NCBI GenBank assembly: GCA_030141605.1 | Contig: JAQGDQ010000040.1 | Coordinates: 248,001-312,000, forward strand | Direction: 5' to 3' | DNA from: Tubiluchus corallicola | Lineage: Eukaryota > Animalia > Priapulida | Length of the DNA stretch: 64,000 nucleotides | In this document: positions 63,200 to 64,000 of the stretch, in pieces | How the letters are laid out: every line of letters begins with the position of its first letter | How positions within the stretch are numbered: the stretch's first letter is position 1 | The notes under the pieces: generated by a model | What the model saw: the letters and a program-made list of their open reading frames with translations, nothing else | Told to the model about the DNA's origin: nothing | Database searches by the model: none | Position numbers and translations under genes: made by a program

Positions 63200-63471
63200 T
63201 GTAATTAAAATATAGATACAATAACCTTCTTTTAAATAAAAGGTTCATCACCAAAAATCCCTTTGGACTAGGTTAATTTACTGAACGTTCAGAAATTATT
63301 GTAAGCATTTTATCCCGCCAAGGCCTTCACTGTTTGCAATTGTTTGTAATTAAAATATAGATAATCCTTTTTTAGATTCAAAAGTTTATCACCAAAAACT
63401 TTTTTGGACTAGGTTAATTTATTGAATATTCAGAAATTTAGTGCAACCATTTCATCTCTAAGGCCTTATCT
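63200..63471. repeat. Diverged ~145-bp tandem duplication
   Basis: tgtaattaaaatatagata...atcaccaaaaa...tttggactaggttaattta...ttcagaaatt...aaggcctt at ~63200 and ~63345. Confidence 0.88.
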
Positions 63472-64000
63472 GGTTACAAACACTAGTATAATATCTCTTT
63501 GCTGTGACAATACTTAATGAACTGGGATTGCAATCGACAGTAACATACTCTAAGAGGATGAGTTCTTGCCATTAAAGTGTTATAGTGAAGGGCAGAGTGA
63601 CAAGATAATGGAATTTAGATGCTATGGCGCATAAGTCATCCGGGAGAGATTTTAACCCTGTCGTTACGATTTTACTGTAATAATTTTGACGTGAAAAGTA
63701 CGACCACTGTTACAGAAAATGAACATTAAATCAAGAAAAGAAGGAAAAAGAAAAAGAGGAGGAAAAGAAAAAATTAAATATATTTTAACCTAAGGGTTAT
63801 TATTTTGTTGATTAGTGTCGTGTTAAGTCTATGTACACTTACCAATTCATTAAAGAACAAATAAATAATGTCCTTAATGACACTGTTTGGAAAATTTGGA
63901 AAAAGTGACTGAGGACAATTTAAAGTATTTCTGTCTTAAAAAAACAGTGACATGTAATCTTTCGATCTGATTATCTAAATAATTACGAAATTGTGTTTAG

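Overview
AT-rich eukaryotic (invertebrate-like animal) genomic DNA with spliceosomal GT-AG introns; no prokaryotic, CRISPR, rRNA or intact tRNA signal was seen. Protein-coding content, with exons assembled by hand: (1) the first three coding exons of an SLC2A/GLUT-family sugar-porter gene (minus strand, 6721-3428, remaining exons not found in the window); (2) an intronless-CDS MARVEL/CMTM-like membrane protein (minus, 13335-13868); (3) an intronless 483-aa coiled-coil ORF resembling C20orf96/DUF4618 (plus, 16387-17838); (4) a complete 11-coding-exon SLC2A/GLUT paralog (minus, 47377-34918, 592 aa) in which most canonical glucose-binding residues are substituted and which has a candidate 48-nt in-frame cassette exon; (5) a complete 4-exon H-type ferritin (plus, 40365-42395) with TATA box, 5'-UTR iron-responsive element and poly(A) signal, nested antisense in intron 6 of that GLUT gene. 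A transposon graveyard at about 18-31 kb holds decayed LINEs (RTE-like, I/Jockey-like, CR1/L2-like), a non-autonomous Helitron with two 3' termini and a CAC-rich minisatellite, and an Academ-like relic with duplicated blocks. MITEs, minisatellites and microsatellites are scattered elsewhere. The last ~16 kb has no recognisable coding sequence. Family assignments come from recalled motifs, not database searches.
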